Below are positions 10,436 through 19,745 of a stretch of 64,000 nt of DNA, one piece after another. The notes beneath the pieces were generated by a model that saw only the letters and a list, made by a program, of their open reading frames with translations, had not been told where the DNA came from and made no database searches. A program made the position numbers and the translations under genes. Positions within the stretch are counted from its first letter, which is position 1; every line of letters begins with the position of its first letter. This stretch comes from an uncultured Nitrospiraceae bacterium (GTDB lineage Bacteria > Nitrospirota > Nitrospiria > Nitrospirales > Nitrospiraceae), in contig CAVSTP010000004.1 in NCBI GenBank assembly GCA_963730935.1, positions 1,376,001-1,440,000 on the forward strand, given 5' to 3'.

Positions 10436-10911
10436 TGAATGTCCTCTGGCCTGATTCCGGGTGGCAATTGAGATGGAAGGTACGCGCGTCCCCAGAGCGA
10501 GCGGGAATGGCCGGCCCGTTCGACAACCAAGCGGTCGCTCTTCATCTTGAAGGGCTCTCGAGCTCGCGGCGTGCGGCTGCGAGAAGCGGCAACTTCCTCC
10601 CGATACTCTTCGAAATACTCCCCCAATAGAAGCTTCAAATCGGGGACGCCGGTGCCTTTCCAGACGACCGCAAAGACCACGCCGTCTGAGGAGACATATT
10701 CGTTGATCTCCATCCCGGCGGCTGTGATCGTGTCAACGGAATAGCCGGTTCCGCCCCGACGCTGGCGCTGCCCGTTCAGCTTCGCCCGATCATCTTCAAC
10801 CGTGGTAGCTGATTGCCCCAGGGCGCCCCACACTGGTGGCAGTATGACGGGCGCCAATACCATCACGAGCGTAGCCGCGCAGATGAGAACCCTCACAGCC
10901 CCACCTCGCAT
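10432..10911 (-). CDS. DUF2844 family protein
   Basis: INEYVSSDGVVFAVVWKG..PDLKLLLG.YF; GRAYLP; overlaps DUF3443 start. Confidence 0.88.
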   Translation of the reverse strand: MRGGAVRVLICAATLVMVLAPVILPPVWGALGQSATTVEDDRAKLNGQRQRRGGTGYSVDTITAAGMEINEYVSSDGVVFAVVWKGTGVPDLKLLLGEYFEEYREEVAASRSRTPRAREPFKMKSDRLVVERAGHSRSLWGRAYLPSQLPPGIRPEDIQ

Positions 10912-11065
10912 AGGATCGGGACCACTGTACCTAAGCTGAGGTCCCGGGGGAAACCCCTACTTTAGTTCTCCCCCCCGGCTTTGACGATTCCCACCGAGTG
11001 CGCGGCTCCAAGGAGAGAAGGGGAGCGCATGTTGGGGAGATGCGCCCCTGACGAATCATTTTTTT

Positions 11066-11623
11066 CTAGGGAAAGAAGGAGCGTAGGCCGGGGAAGGATT
11101 TGTTGATGACGTCTTCGGTCGGACCCAAGAGCGTGAGGGCTGGATAGTACCGTTCGCTCCACAGTTTGCTCAGATAGACGGGAAGGAAATACAGTGCAAG
11201 CCCAAGCGAGAAGAACACCACGCTGGTCGCCAAATCCTCGGAAAAGAATTGCTTCCCGGCAATTCCACACAAGACACCGGCCGCGACCAGGATCTCCAAC
11301 ATCCAGACCAATTGCCTCAACGTCAGCTTCACCGGCAGACACAGCCGTCTCGAGAGATGAATCCTTTGCGGCGCCTGCGACAGCGGCATCAGTAAGCGAT
11401 GCCCCATGCAGTGGATCGTCCAGCTCATCCCGAAGCCGAGCAGGCTATTCAGCGCGATGAGGACCAGTGGATGGTTCGTCGCGATCGCCGCCGGTCCGAT
11501 CATGAACAGCATCGGCGGCCCATAGACGGTGCAAGCCAGAATCGCTTCGTACGTCAGCGAGCGAATGAAGTCGCGGCAGCCTTGGGTAACTGCGTCGGTG
11601 CGCGGCGTACTGTTGAATGCCAT
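11066..11623 (-). CDS. Hypothetical membrane protein
   Basis: Four hydrophobic segments. Confidence 0.6.
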   Translation of the reverse strand: MAFNSTPRTDAVTQGCRDFIRSLTYEAILACTVYGPPMLFMIGPAAIATNHPLVLIALNSLLGFGMSWTIHCMGHRLLMPLSQAPQRIHLSRRLCLPVKLTLRQLVWMLEILVAAGVLCGIAGKQFFSEDLATSVVFFSLGLALYFLPVYLSKLWSERYYPALTLLGPTEDVINKSFPGLRSFFP

Positions 11624-11821
11624 GGGATCGTCTGAGGATTCGTTCCGGTTAAAGTGGAGAAGAATGACCTAAGGCGGAGGGCATGAGCGGTGCAGCGACC
11701 TGTTCCTCTAATGCCAACGCCACTGCGGACGGTGGCTTTGTAATTGAAACGTGGAGTCTTGTCAAGGTGTGAACGATGATGATCGAATGACTTCGGCGAC
11801 TAGGATGTCGTGGATGACCGT

Positions 11822-12445
11822 TTAGTAATCAGGTACGAGGATGAAGCCTTCGGCGGCATCGCCGAACACTTTGAAGCTGCCAGCAAGGACATGCCGAGCG
11901 GCCAACGCGCAAAGCGCGGCATCGATCTCGTCGATGCTCGTCAGGGCGTCGGTAATCAGGGCAGCTTGGTCCAGCAACCGTCGGCGCTCTACCTGTTTGT
12001 TCTTCGCCGAGAGCATCTTGCTGGCCAAGCAGCACGCGATGGCCTGCGGGAATGTCTCGAAGCACAACGGCTCGAGCAACGGCGTCCGACCGTCATAGAG
12101 CCGGTAATGCGGCGCCAACAGTCGAAACAGTTCTGCGCCATTGACCATCCACCGATAGAACAGATGGACCTCTCCGACTACCTTGCTGGGAGTGGAGAAA
12201 CACGACATGCCAAGGCCGGCTAATTCCCGTTCGCACAACCTCGCTCGCCCGGTCTGACTCCATCGGCAGGGTGCATCAATGCCGACAGCTGACACGTGGA
12301 GCTCGCGGCACCACGCCACCACATGCCCAGGGGTGGAGGTGGCCAGTTTGGCCACAACTGTTTCTTCCCGCAGGGCGACTGCATGAAAGCCCTTCTTCGT
12401 GCCGCCGACATCGATGCCGGCGACCATGTGACTTGTCGCCTTCAT
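11822..12445 (-). CDS. DUF429 family (RNase H-like fold) protein
   Basis: VAGIDVG, VGIDAP, R.CERELA, FETFP, DEIDAALCAL. Confidence 0.85.
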   Translation of the reverse strand: MKATSHMVAGIDVGGTKKGFHAVALREETVVAKLATSTPGHVVAWCRELHVSAVGIDAPCRWSQTGRARLCERELAGLGMSCFSTPSKVVGEVHLFYRWMVNGAELFRLLAPHYRLYDGRTPLLEPLCFETFPQAIACCLASKMLSAKNKQVERRRLLDQAALITDALTSIDEIDAALCALAARHVLAGSFKVFGDAAEGFILVPDY

Positions 12446-13059
12446 GCCCTGTGTTTCCTGTGTCGACGATAGTGAGCAGCGACCTTGCTGCGGTTGCCGC
12501 AAAGATCCATGCTGCACCAGTGGCGCGCGTGATTCTTGGTCGTATCGTAGAAAAACAACACGCAAGCCGGGTTTTGGCATTTCTTGACCAACGAGAGGTC
12601 ACACGCGCACAAGAGATCGCTCGCGGCCTCGGCCAGCAGCCCCAGCACCTGGTTGGCGTCTTCGAACCCCGCCTCATACCTCCGCTCGAACGTGCTGCTC
12701 CGACGGGTGACCTGAGCATAGCCGACCCGATGACGTAGCAGTTGGTTGATGAGGTCAAGCGCGGCTTGTGGCACCGGCTTGTGAGCAGCAAGGCGTTCGG
12801 CCATATCCCTCATGGTTTTGCGAAACGCCTTCGCCAGATTCAGCGTCTCCAGCTCGTCGCGGCTCCCTTTACCTTCAATCCCCTTGGCGTCCTTCTCGGT
12901 CAGGAGCCCCGCCTGAACGAGCCAGGCGACCAAATCCTGAAACGACGATAGCAAATCGCTCGGCTGCCCGTTCATGACCAGGTCGGTATTGATGAAATCC
13001 AAACAGGCTTGGTTGGCGATGAAGAAAAACGGGGCTCGGTGTTGCACCGGTAAACTCAT
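12442..13059 (-). CDS. ABATE/CGNR zinc-finger regulator
   Basis: CLDFINT; C..P.C...FYD.TKNHAR.WCSM..CGNRSK. Confidence 0.95.
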   Translation of the reverse strand: MSLPVQHRAPFFFIANQACLDFINTDLVMNGQPSDLLSSFQDLVAWLVQAGLLTEKDAKGIEGKGSRDELETLNLAKAFRKTMRDMAERLAAHKPVPQAALDLINQLLRHRVGYAQVTRRSSTFERRYEAGFEDANQVLGLLAEAASDLLCACDLSLVKKCQNPACVLFFYDTTKNHARHWCSMDLCGNRSKVAAHYRRHRKHRA

Positions 13060-13083
13060 ACTTGACAGGTTAGCCGATAGTTG

Positions 13084-13118
13084 ATATAACCGTCAATATA
13101 CTAATTAGATGGTTATAT
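13084..13118. promoter_or_regulatory. Inverted-repeat operator between the divergent CGNR regulator and hydrolase
   Basis: ATATAACCGTC-N13-GATGGTTATAT. Confidence 0.65.
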
Positions 13119-13187
13119 ACGACATGACTTCAACCCCCTTCACCAGGCTGCGGCCGGTGATTCCGGCAGCACAACAAGGAGCTCAGC

Positions 13188-14084
13188 ATGACCGTTCATG
13201 ACGCATCGATCCGCTACCAGAGGCACGCTGTAGATGGACTCAACATCTTTTACCGGGAAGCAGGTTCGCCCACCGCGCCTGCCGTCCTGTTGCTGCATGG
13301 CTTTCCCACGTCGTCGCACATGTTCCGCGACCTGATTCCCCTGCTGGCGCCGCATGTCCATGTTGTCGCTCCCGATCTTCCGGGATTCGGATTCTCGGAT
13401 GCGCCCAGCCGATCCGGCTTTGCCTACACCTTCGATCATCTGGCCGACGTAATCGAGCGCTTCACGGAAGCGATTGGCCTCACACGCTATGCGCTCTATA
13501 TCTTCGATTACGGCGCTCCAGTCGGTCTTCGCCTGGCCCTAAGGCATCCGGACCGCGTGACGGCGATAGTCTCTCAGAACGGGAATGCCTATGAGGAAGG
13601 TCTGAGCGCCGGATGGAATCCGATTCAACGGTACTGGGCCGACCCTACACTCGAGAACCGAAACGCATTGAAGACGTTTCTTTCGCCGGACTCGACCAAG
13701 TGGCAGTACACGAAGGGTGCTGACGAATCACGCATCGCACCAGAATCCTATGCGCTCGATAGCGCCCTGCTCGCACGCCCCGGCAACGAGGAGATCCAAC
13801 TGGATTTGTTTCTCGATTATGGAAACAATGTAAAGCTCTATCCCCGCTTTCAGCAGTATTTCCGGGATCGCCGGCCGCCGACGCTTCTTGTCTGGGGCAA
13901 CGGCGATCCCTTTTTCCTACAGGCTGGAGCGCACGCCTTCACAAGGGATAATCCCGACGCGCAAGTAACGTTCTTCGACACGGGCCATTTCGCGCTCGAA
14001 ACGCACAGTGCTGAAATCGGCGCCAGAATTGTGGAGTTTTTACATGCGTTGGAGCCGGCCGAAGTCGTCGCCCGGGTGCAGTGA
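13188..14084 (+). CDS. Alpha/beta hydrolase (epoxide hydrolase/dehalogenase-like)
   Basis: LLHGFPTSSHMFR, APDLPGFG, FDYGAPVG, TGHFALE. Confidence 0.93.
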   Translation: MTVHDASIRYQRHAVDGLNIFYREAGSPTAPAVLLLHGFPTSSHMFRDLIPLLAPHVHVVAPDLPGFGFSDAPSRSGFAYTFDHLADVIERFTEAIGLTRYALYIFDYGAPVGLRLALRHPDRVTAIVSQNGNAYEEGLSAGWNPIQRYWADPTLENRNALKTFLSPDSTKWQYTKGADESRIAPESYALDSALLARPGNEEIQLDLFLDYGNNVKLYPRFQQYFRDRRPPTLLVWGNGDPFFLQAGAHAFTRDNPDAQVTFFDTGHFALETHSAEIGARIVEFLHALEPAEVVARVQ

Positions 14085-14102
14085 GGGAGGATTCAAGCGC
14101 AC

Positions 14103-14660
14103 ATGATGAAACTTCTCTCCATTCAAGTGGGTCGTCCGCGCAAGGTGAACTGGCGACGAAGAACAGTAACTACCGGCATCTTCAAAGATCCGGTGGAAGG
14201 CCGCATCATGCTGCGCCGCTCCAATCTGGAGGGCGACGAGCAAGCTGACCTCAGAGTGCATGGTGGATGGGACAAGGCCGTCTATGTGTACCCATCAGAG
14301 CATTATGCATTCTGGCGCACGGAACTCCCTGGTATGCCCTTGCCATACGGCATGTTCGGTGAAAATTTCACGACGGAAGGGTTAGACGAAACCTCCGTCC
14401 GAATCGGCGACCGATTCCGCATCGGCAGCACAGTAGTCGAGGTCACGCAGCCCCGCGTGCCGTGCTACAAACTCGGCGTGCGTTTTGGGCGCCCCGACAT
14501 GCCTCAACGCTTTCATGCGAGCGGCCGGTGCGGCTTTTATCTGGCGGCGCTGGAGGAAGGCGACGTCGGCGCAGGAGATGTCTGGGAACGCATCGGCGGA
14601 GATCCGAACGCGATGTCCGTGCTCGAGAGCTACGGTACTTATTTTCGGGAAGGCGGGTGA
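14103..14660 (+). CDS. MOSC domain protein (YiiM-like)
   Basis: GDEQADLRVHGG.DKAVY, FGENFT, EVTQPRVPCYKL. Confidence 0.93.
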   Translation: MMKLLSIQVGRPRKVNWRRRTVTTGIFKDPVEGRIMLRRSNLEGDEQADLRVHGGWDKAVYVYPSEHYAFWRTELPGMPLPYGMFGENFTTEGLDETSVRIGDRFRIGSTVVEVTQPRVPCYKLGVRFGRPDMPQRFHASGRCGFYLAALEEGDVGAGDVWERIGGDPNAMSVLESYGTYFREGG

Positions 14661-15652
14661 GCGTCGTCTCGAGCACCCGGCGGCGAATAGACTTCATTCA
14701 GATTGCTGAAGCTCCCGCCCGGAGTCGGTCCGCCGCTGATCACGTGAACGCGCCCATCGATCACCGCCGATCCAAGGCCGTGACGCGCGGTGAGCATCGG
14801 CGCCATGGCCAGCCAGGCGCCTCGCGCTGGATCGTAGGCTTCGTTTTCGCGGAATGTTCCGTCCGCGCCCTCTCCGCCGAACACGTACACGCGACCGCCG
14901 GCTTCCGCAGCAGTGATACCGCTGCGGGCGGTCGGCAGATCTGGCGCCTTACTCCACTTGTCCGAGAGAGGATCGTAAACCTCGGTAACTGAGAGGTTGC
15001 GATGATAGTCCCCTTTGAGCCTTCCGCCGATGGCGTACAATTTTCCGGCCGCCGTCGTCGTCGCCAGATGATCGCGCGGGGTCGGCAGTGGAGCGCGAGC
15101 GCTCCAACTGTTCCGGACCGGATCATAGGCTTCGACCGCCGCGCTATTCGCCCTGCCTTCGTAGCCGCCGATCGCATACAGCTTCCCATCGTACACGGTG
15201 ACGGACAACGCGCCGCGAGCGGTCAGCATCGGCGCGCGTTCGCTCCAGGCGTCGGTCGCCGGATCATACGTATAGACTGTGGCAACGGGCCCCCAGACGC
15301 TCAATCCCGATTGTTTGTAGCCGCCGATGATGTACAGGCGTCCACCGACCACGCCAATGCCTACGTGGTGCAGACCGACCGGCATGGAAGCTTTGGTGGA
15401 CCAGCGGTCCACGGCGGGATCGTATTCTTCGACCGCCGGAGTGATCGCAAAATTCAGCACATTGCCCAAACTCGGCTGTTCGAAGCCGCCCACGACATAG
15501 ATCTTGTCTCCAACCGTAGCGGCCGCGACTTCCGTCCGCTTCATCGGCGCCGGCGCGGCGGTGCGCCAGACGCCGCCATCCTGTTGTAACTGCTCCGCGA
15601 AGACAGGCAGTACCGTTAACACCAGACACGCAAGCATGACACGATATCTCAT
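14639..15652 (-). CDS. Exported Kelch-repeat beta-propeller protein
   Basis: Six repeats of IY..GG......YDP..D.W; signal peptide. Confidence 0.92.
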   Translation of the reverse strand: MRYRVMLACLVLTVLPVFAEQLQQDGGVWRTAAPAPMKRTEVAAATVGDKIYVVGGFEQPSLGNVLNFAITPAVEEYDPAVDRWSTKASMPVGLHHVGIGVVGGRLYIIGGYKQSGLSVWGPVATVYTYDPATDAWSERAPMLTARGALSVTVYDGKLYAIGGYEGRANSAAVEAYDPVRNSWSARAPLPTPRDHLATTTAAGKLYAIGGRLKGDYHRNLSVTEVYDPLSDKWSKAPDLPTARSGITAAEAGGRVYVFGGEGADGTFRENEAYDPARGAWLAMAPMLTARHGLGSAVIDGRVHVISGGPTPGGSFSNLNEVYSPPGARDDAHPPSRK

Positions 15653-16728
15653 AGTGTTCCCTTTGCCGGCTCCTCGGTCTCTTCCCACAACCAGGCCTCA
15701 AACAGCATGTAACTGACCCCCAGGACGACCGGGCCGACGAAAATTCCCACGACACCGAACGAAATCAGGCCGCCGATGACGCCGGCGACGACGAGCAGAA
15801 GCGGAAGTTGCGCGCCCTTTTGGATCAGTATCGGACGTATCACATTGTCGATTGTGCCGACGAAGATCGTCCAGACCAAGAGCGCGGTCGCCCAGCCACT
15901 GCTTCCCTGCCAATAGAGCCACGCCACGGCGAGCACGAGCACCGGCACCACGCCAACCTGCACCACCCCGCACAGGAACATCAACGCCGTGAGCAACACG
16001 GCAAACGGCACGCCCGCAACGGCAAGTCCGATCCCTGCAAGGACGGCTTGCCCAAGGGCCACGAGCACGATGCCGAGCGCAACGCCGCGGATCGCCTGTC
16101 CGGCAAGGTGCACCGCCCGCTCCCCGCGCGCACCGGCCAGCCGTCGCCCAAACCGGCACAAGTCCGTCACTGCCACGTCTCCTCGAGCAAACAACACGGC
16201 TGCAATCAATAGCGTCAGGAGAAACTGCCCTGTCATGGCGCCGAGACTCCCCAGCTGTTCGAGCAGCCAGCCCCCGGTGACCCGGGCATAGGGAGCCGCA
16301 TAGCGGGCCAGTTCTTCTGGACCGGACGAGGCGAACCCGCGCCAGGCCGAGGCGATCTTTGGGCCAAGAAATGGAACGCTTTCCACCCACCCCGGCAGCG
16401 CAGGCAACGTGAGCGATTTGAGCGATTGCGCCCAATCCACGATCTCATCGAGATGGGCGACGAGCGTCCCCACCGCCAGGGAAAACGGCACCGCAAAGAC
16501 GAGCACCAGCGCCACCGTCATGACGGTGACGGCCAACGCCCGGCGCCCCCGGAGCAGGGCTTCGACCTGCAGCATCAGGGGCCACGCCGCGACCACGATC
16601 ATGGTCGCCCATAGCACGGCGGGAAGGAACGGCCGCAGGATCCAGAACGAGGCGGCGATGAGGCCGACCATGAAGAGCACGGACAGACTCGACCGTGCCA
16701 GGTCCTGCGGTGTGGTCGGCGCACGCAT
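15649..16728 (-). CDS. ydiK: AI-2E family transporter (YdiK-like)
   Basis: SFWILRPFLPAVLWATMIVVA.WP; DNVIRPILI; GIFVGPVVL. Confidence 0.88.
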   Translation of the reverse strand: MRAPTTPQDLARSSLSVLFMVGLIAASFWILRPFLPAVLWATMIVVAAWPLMLQVEALLRGRRALAVTVMTVALVLVFAVPFSLAVGTLVAHLDEIVDWAQSLKSLTLPALPGWVESVPFLGPKIASAWRGFASSGPEELARYAAPYARVTGGWLLEQLGSLGAMTGQFLLTLLIAAVLFARGDVAVTDLCRFGRRLAGARGERAVHLAGQAIRGVALGIVLVALGQAVLAGIGLAVAGVPFAVLLTALMFLCGVVQVGVVPVLVLAVAWLYWQGSSGWATALLVWTIFVGTIDNVIRPILIQKGAQLPLLLVVAGVIGGLISFGVVGIFVGPVVLGVSYMLFEAWLWEETEEPAKGTL

Positions 16729-16740
16729 CGACCCGCTCCT

Positions 16741-16890
16741 TTACGGCTCTTCTTCTTCGACCTGTTCGATCGAGTGCTTGATCGCCGCCACAAACGCCGG
16801 CGGATCACTCAAATCGCGCTCGGTCACCTGGAATTCGGACACCAACACGCCGTCGCGATCGACGAGGATCAAGCGATATCCGGGTTTCAC
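16741..16890 (-). CDS. Small hypothetical protein (49 aa, not in ORF track)
   Basis: Manual translation MKPGYRLILVDRDGVLVSEFQVTERDLSDPPAFVAAIKHSIEQVEEEEP; ends just upstream of the ydiK RBS. Confidence 0.6.
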   Translation of the reverse strand: MKPGYRLILVDRDGVLVSEFQVTERDLSDPPAFVAAIKHSIEQVEEEEP

Positions 16891-17038
16891 GGCACGAGCC
16901 TACACTAATCTGCTAAGACAAAACACCTATCATCGGGGCGCTGGGGCGGTGAAGGGACACAGGGGGAGGTCAAACGCACGCCGCCGTTCGGCGTTCAAAT
17001 CGGCCAATACTATTCAGAGCCCTGTGCTGTGTTGCGTG

Positions 17039-17269
17039 CTATGCCGCGTTATATGGTTTATCGGATTCCGGCCGACGGCCATGGAACATGAAGGTGATGC
17101 CATCAGACTTGAGATCCTGGAGATGGCCGGCCTCGGTATCAAGGATATGCAGTTGTTCTCGAAGCGCGACCAAGTCCAAATCGGAGAGCTCCTCACCGCG
17201 GCTCCGGAGTTTCCGGTAGAGATTCTTACTGTCGGAAATGAATTGTTTGACCAGGTGCTGCATATCCAT
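17039..17269 (-). CDS. Small helical protein (paralogue of 59272-59475)
   Basis: GGAGG RBS; LRSRGEELSDLDLVALREQLHIL vs LRTGEALSGPDLHILEVQLYLL. Confidence 0.65.
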   Translation of the reverse strand: MDMQHLVKQFISDSKNLYRKLRSRGEELSDLDLVALREQLHILDTEAGHLQDLKSDGITFMFHGRRPESDKPYNAA

Positions 17270-17403
17270 AACAAGTCCTCCCTCTCCTCTCGTGGAAATC
17301 GGATGAGCGACCAAACTGGTTCTACTATGTGCTGCTTTCGACATGAGACGACCTGGTGAAAACCCTGGTTGGAAGGCTGGGATATGGCCCTGGCTGTGAC
17401 GAC

Positions 17404-17826
17404 AGTGCTCGCCCAACGCGCACCACCGGAAAGGGAGATCGAAAGCGGATGGTCGTTCCTGCTCAAGCGAGGGGAAACCGCGTGGCCCAGTTGCTGGCTT
17501 GGCTGCGCAACTTGGTCCGTCCTGGACTCGTCCGAACGGACCTTCGAAACAGTGCGTCTCGCCATAGCCAAAGGCGACCGCAGTGCCAGGGCCCTGCACC
17601 CCTCGCAAGTCGCAGGTCACGACGATCCGCCTTATGCGGGGCATGGAAACGAGGAGGGGCGGTGCTTTTGCGCAGAGGGTGCGTCCCGGGTAATCGATTG
17701 CGAAGCAATCGGTGGGTCGGTGGGGGAAAATGGACCGCCGAGGGCGGGAGGGTGAGAAGATCGGGCGCAGTTGGAGGCCAATCAGCCCCCACCCTTAAAA
17801 GAATACGAGCGAGCTTGGAAGGACCA
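17404..17826 (+). repeat. Dispersed modular palindromic repeat, copy 2 (rearranged modules)
   Basis: GTGCTCGCCCAACGCGCAC start, GGTCCGT..ACGGACC stem, CGATTGC-GAA-GCAATCG, GAGCGAGCTTGGA end. Confidence 0.9.
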
Positions 17827-17913
17827 GGAGGGCCATGCTTGTTACGGCCTGGGAAGAGGCCTACAATTTGGCGCAAACACTTCGTTGTACACATCTCACC
17901 CAGGAGGGCCGCT

Positions 17914-18222
17914 ATGCAGACCTACGTCAGTCTCGTGAAGTTCACGCAGCATGGTCTCCAAACCATGAAGGATAAAGGCATCGAGAGAGCTGAAATGGTG
18001 AAGCAGAACGCCAAGTCGCTCGGCGGTAAGCTCGTTCAGGCCTACTACTGCCTCGGCGAATACGACGTCGTGGCTATCTGGGAATTCCCCGACAACAAGA
18101 CCGCCATGAAAGCCGCCGTACTCAACGCCTCGCTCGGGCACATTCAGATCACCACCCTACCCGCGGTCAACCGCGAGGAATGGAAAGGGTTGTTGCAGCA
18201 GTCACTCGGCAAAAAGAGGTAG
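17914..18222 (+). CDS. GYD domain protein
   Basis: YVSLVKFTQ.G, LGGKL...YY.LGEYDVV; AGGAGG RBS. Confidence 0.9.
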   Translation: MQTYVSLVKFTQHGLQTMKDKGIERAEMVKQNAKSLGGKLVQAYYCLGEYDVVAIWEFPDNKTAMKAAVLNASLGHIQITTLPAVNREEWKGLLQQSLGKKR

Positions 18223-18254
18223 GACATGACGTCCGTATCCCTCCCCTGTTCCAG

Positions 18255-18490
18255 CGCGGGTGAAACTGAATGGTCCTGTCGTCGTTTGGCTCCGCAGCCT
18301 GCTCCGTCCTGGACTTCGTCCGAACGGACCTTCGAACAATGCTCGCCATCGCCGCCTGGGAAAAGGGCGCGTCCCGGGTAAACGATTGCCAAGCAATCGG
18401 TGGGTCGGTGGGTGAAAGGATTGCCCAGGGTGGGGAGAGTGAGAATGCGACCACACCGACAGGATCATGCATCCCTCGCAAGTCTCAGCG
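18255..18490 (+). repeat. Dispersed modular palindromic repeat, copy 3
   Basis: GGACTTCGTCC, CCTGGGAAAAGGGCGCGTCCCGGG, CGATTGC-CAA-GCAATCG. Confidence 0.9.
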
Positions 18491-18564
18491 AGGAGCATAT
18501 CGACGTCACTGATATGCTCTCAACGCACTCTGAAGGAAGACGCAGACGCCATGTAGAGGGGGAA

Positions 18565-19245
18565 GTGAAGAGGAGACTTAACTGGATCTTCTTCGCAGGT
18601 CTTGCACTGTCGACGCTTGTCCTGCTGTGGGGTGGCCCAGCGCCGGCGCAGGAGGGGCATCAGCATGAGCGGATGCCCAACGTCTTGGAGTACCTCGATC
18701 GCCTCGATCGTCCCGAGCGCGATCAGGACCAGAAACCGGCGCAGGTCATCGAGGCCTTGGCACTCAAACCGGGCATGTACGTCGCCGACCTTGGCGCCGG
18801 TTCCGGATACTTTACCCGGCGGTTCGTGGAAGCGGTCGGCGACACGGGCAAAGTGTACGTGATCGACATCGAACCCGAGGCGTTGAAATATGTAGAAGAG
18901 AGCCTCATCCACATGCACCGGTCATTTGAGGCGGAATTCATCCTGGCCAGGCCGGACAACCCCAAGATTCCATTCGAATCGGTCGAACTGATCTTCGTCT
19001 GCGATACTTACCACCACCTCGCAGACCGCACGGACTATTTTCGCAACGTCAAATCATCCCTCAAGCCTGGCGGCCACATCGCGATCATCGATTTCTATCA
19101 CGATGAGCGTTCAGGCGAGTTGGGCTTTCCAAAGCGGCATCTGGTGCCAAGGGAGAAGGTCATAGAGGAAATGACGGAGGCCGGCTATCGGCTGGCGAAG
19201 GAGCACACCTTCCTGCCCAAACAATATTTCCTAGAATTCGAATAA
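18565..19245 (+). CDS. Class I SAM-dependent methyltransferase with N-terminal signal/TM
   Basis: VADLGAGSGYF, VIDI, LKPGG; start uncertain. Confidence 0.88.
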   Translation: MKRRLNWIFFAGLALSTLVLLWGGPAPAQEGHQHERMPNVLEYLDRLDRPERDQDQKPAQVIEALALKPGMYVADLGAGSGYFTRRFVEAVGDTGKVYVIDIEPEALKYVEESLIHMHRSFEAEFILARPDNPKIPFESVELIFVCDTYHHLADRTDYFRNVKSSLKPGGHIAIIDFYHDERSGELGFPKRHLVPREKVIEEMTEAGYRLAKEHTFLPKQYFLEFE

Positions 19246-19341
19246 GGGTAGCCTGACTGATAATGGACTATGGCTTCGGGGCTCCGGCCACCATCCGCCT
19301 TCTGCTGAGGAGGAAAAACGAGCAATCTCGGAACGACCACT

Positions 19342-19725
19342 TTATTGTGCGGAGGGGGCCACTTTGCTCAGGATCGATCTCACCTTGAGCATGCCTGAGT
19401 CACTGGAGGTCCGTTGGAAGTGTGCCTCGACGGTGACGACATCACGGTCGCGAAGCGAGTTCCTTGCCCCGGAACAGTTGGCTTTGTATACAGCATCGAT
19501 AGAGCCCGTTTCATCCTCCAGAGTGAACAACTGAAAACACTTGTTCATCCCACGTCGGATCTTGTGGTTGTACACGGTTCCCGTGACACGCACGACCTGA
19601 GACTGATAGGAGTCAGGATTCTCGAGCAATGAGGCAACATCCGAAACGGTGCCGGCCCATGTAAGCGGAGCGACGAGGCTGAGAGCCAGGACCATGACGA
19701 TGGATGATCGAAAATACACCCTCAT
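19342..19725 (-). CDS. Exported OB-fold protein
   Basis: LLENPDSYQSQVVRVTGTV...FTLEDETG; similar to 1112-1537. Confidence 0.65.
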   Translation of the reverse strand: MRVYFRSSIVMVLALSLVAPLTWAGTVSDVASLLENPDSYQSQVVRVTGTVYNHKIRRGMNKCFQLFTLEDETGSIDAVYKANCSGARNSLRDRDVVTVEAHFQRTSSDSGMLKVRSILSKVAPSAQ

Positions 19726-19745
19726 ACTGAAAATATAGCACCTGT

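Noticed and set aside
16409..17359. 316-aa plus-strand ORF
   Set aside because: Antisense shadow of ydiK and small genes; no protein-like features
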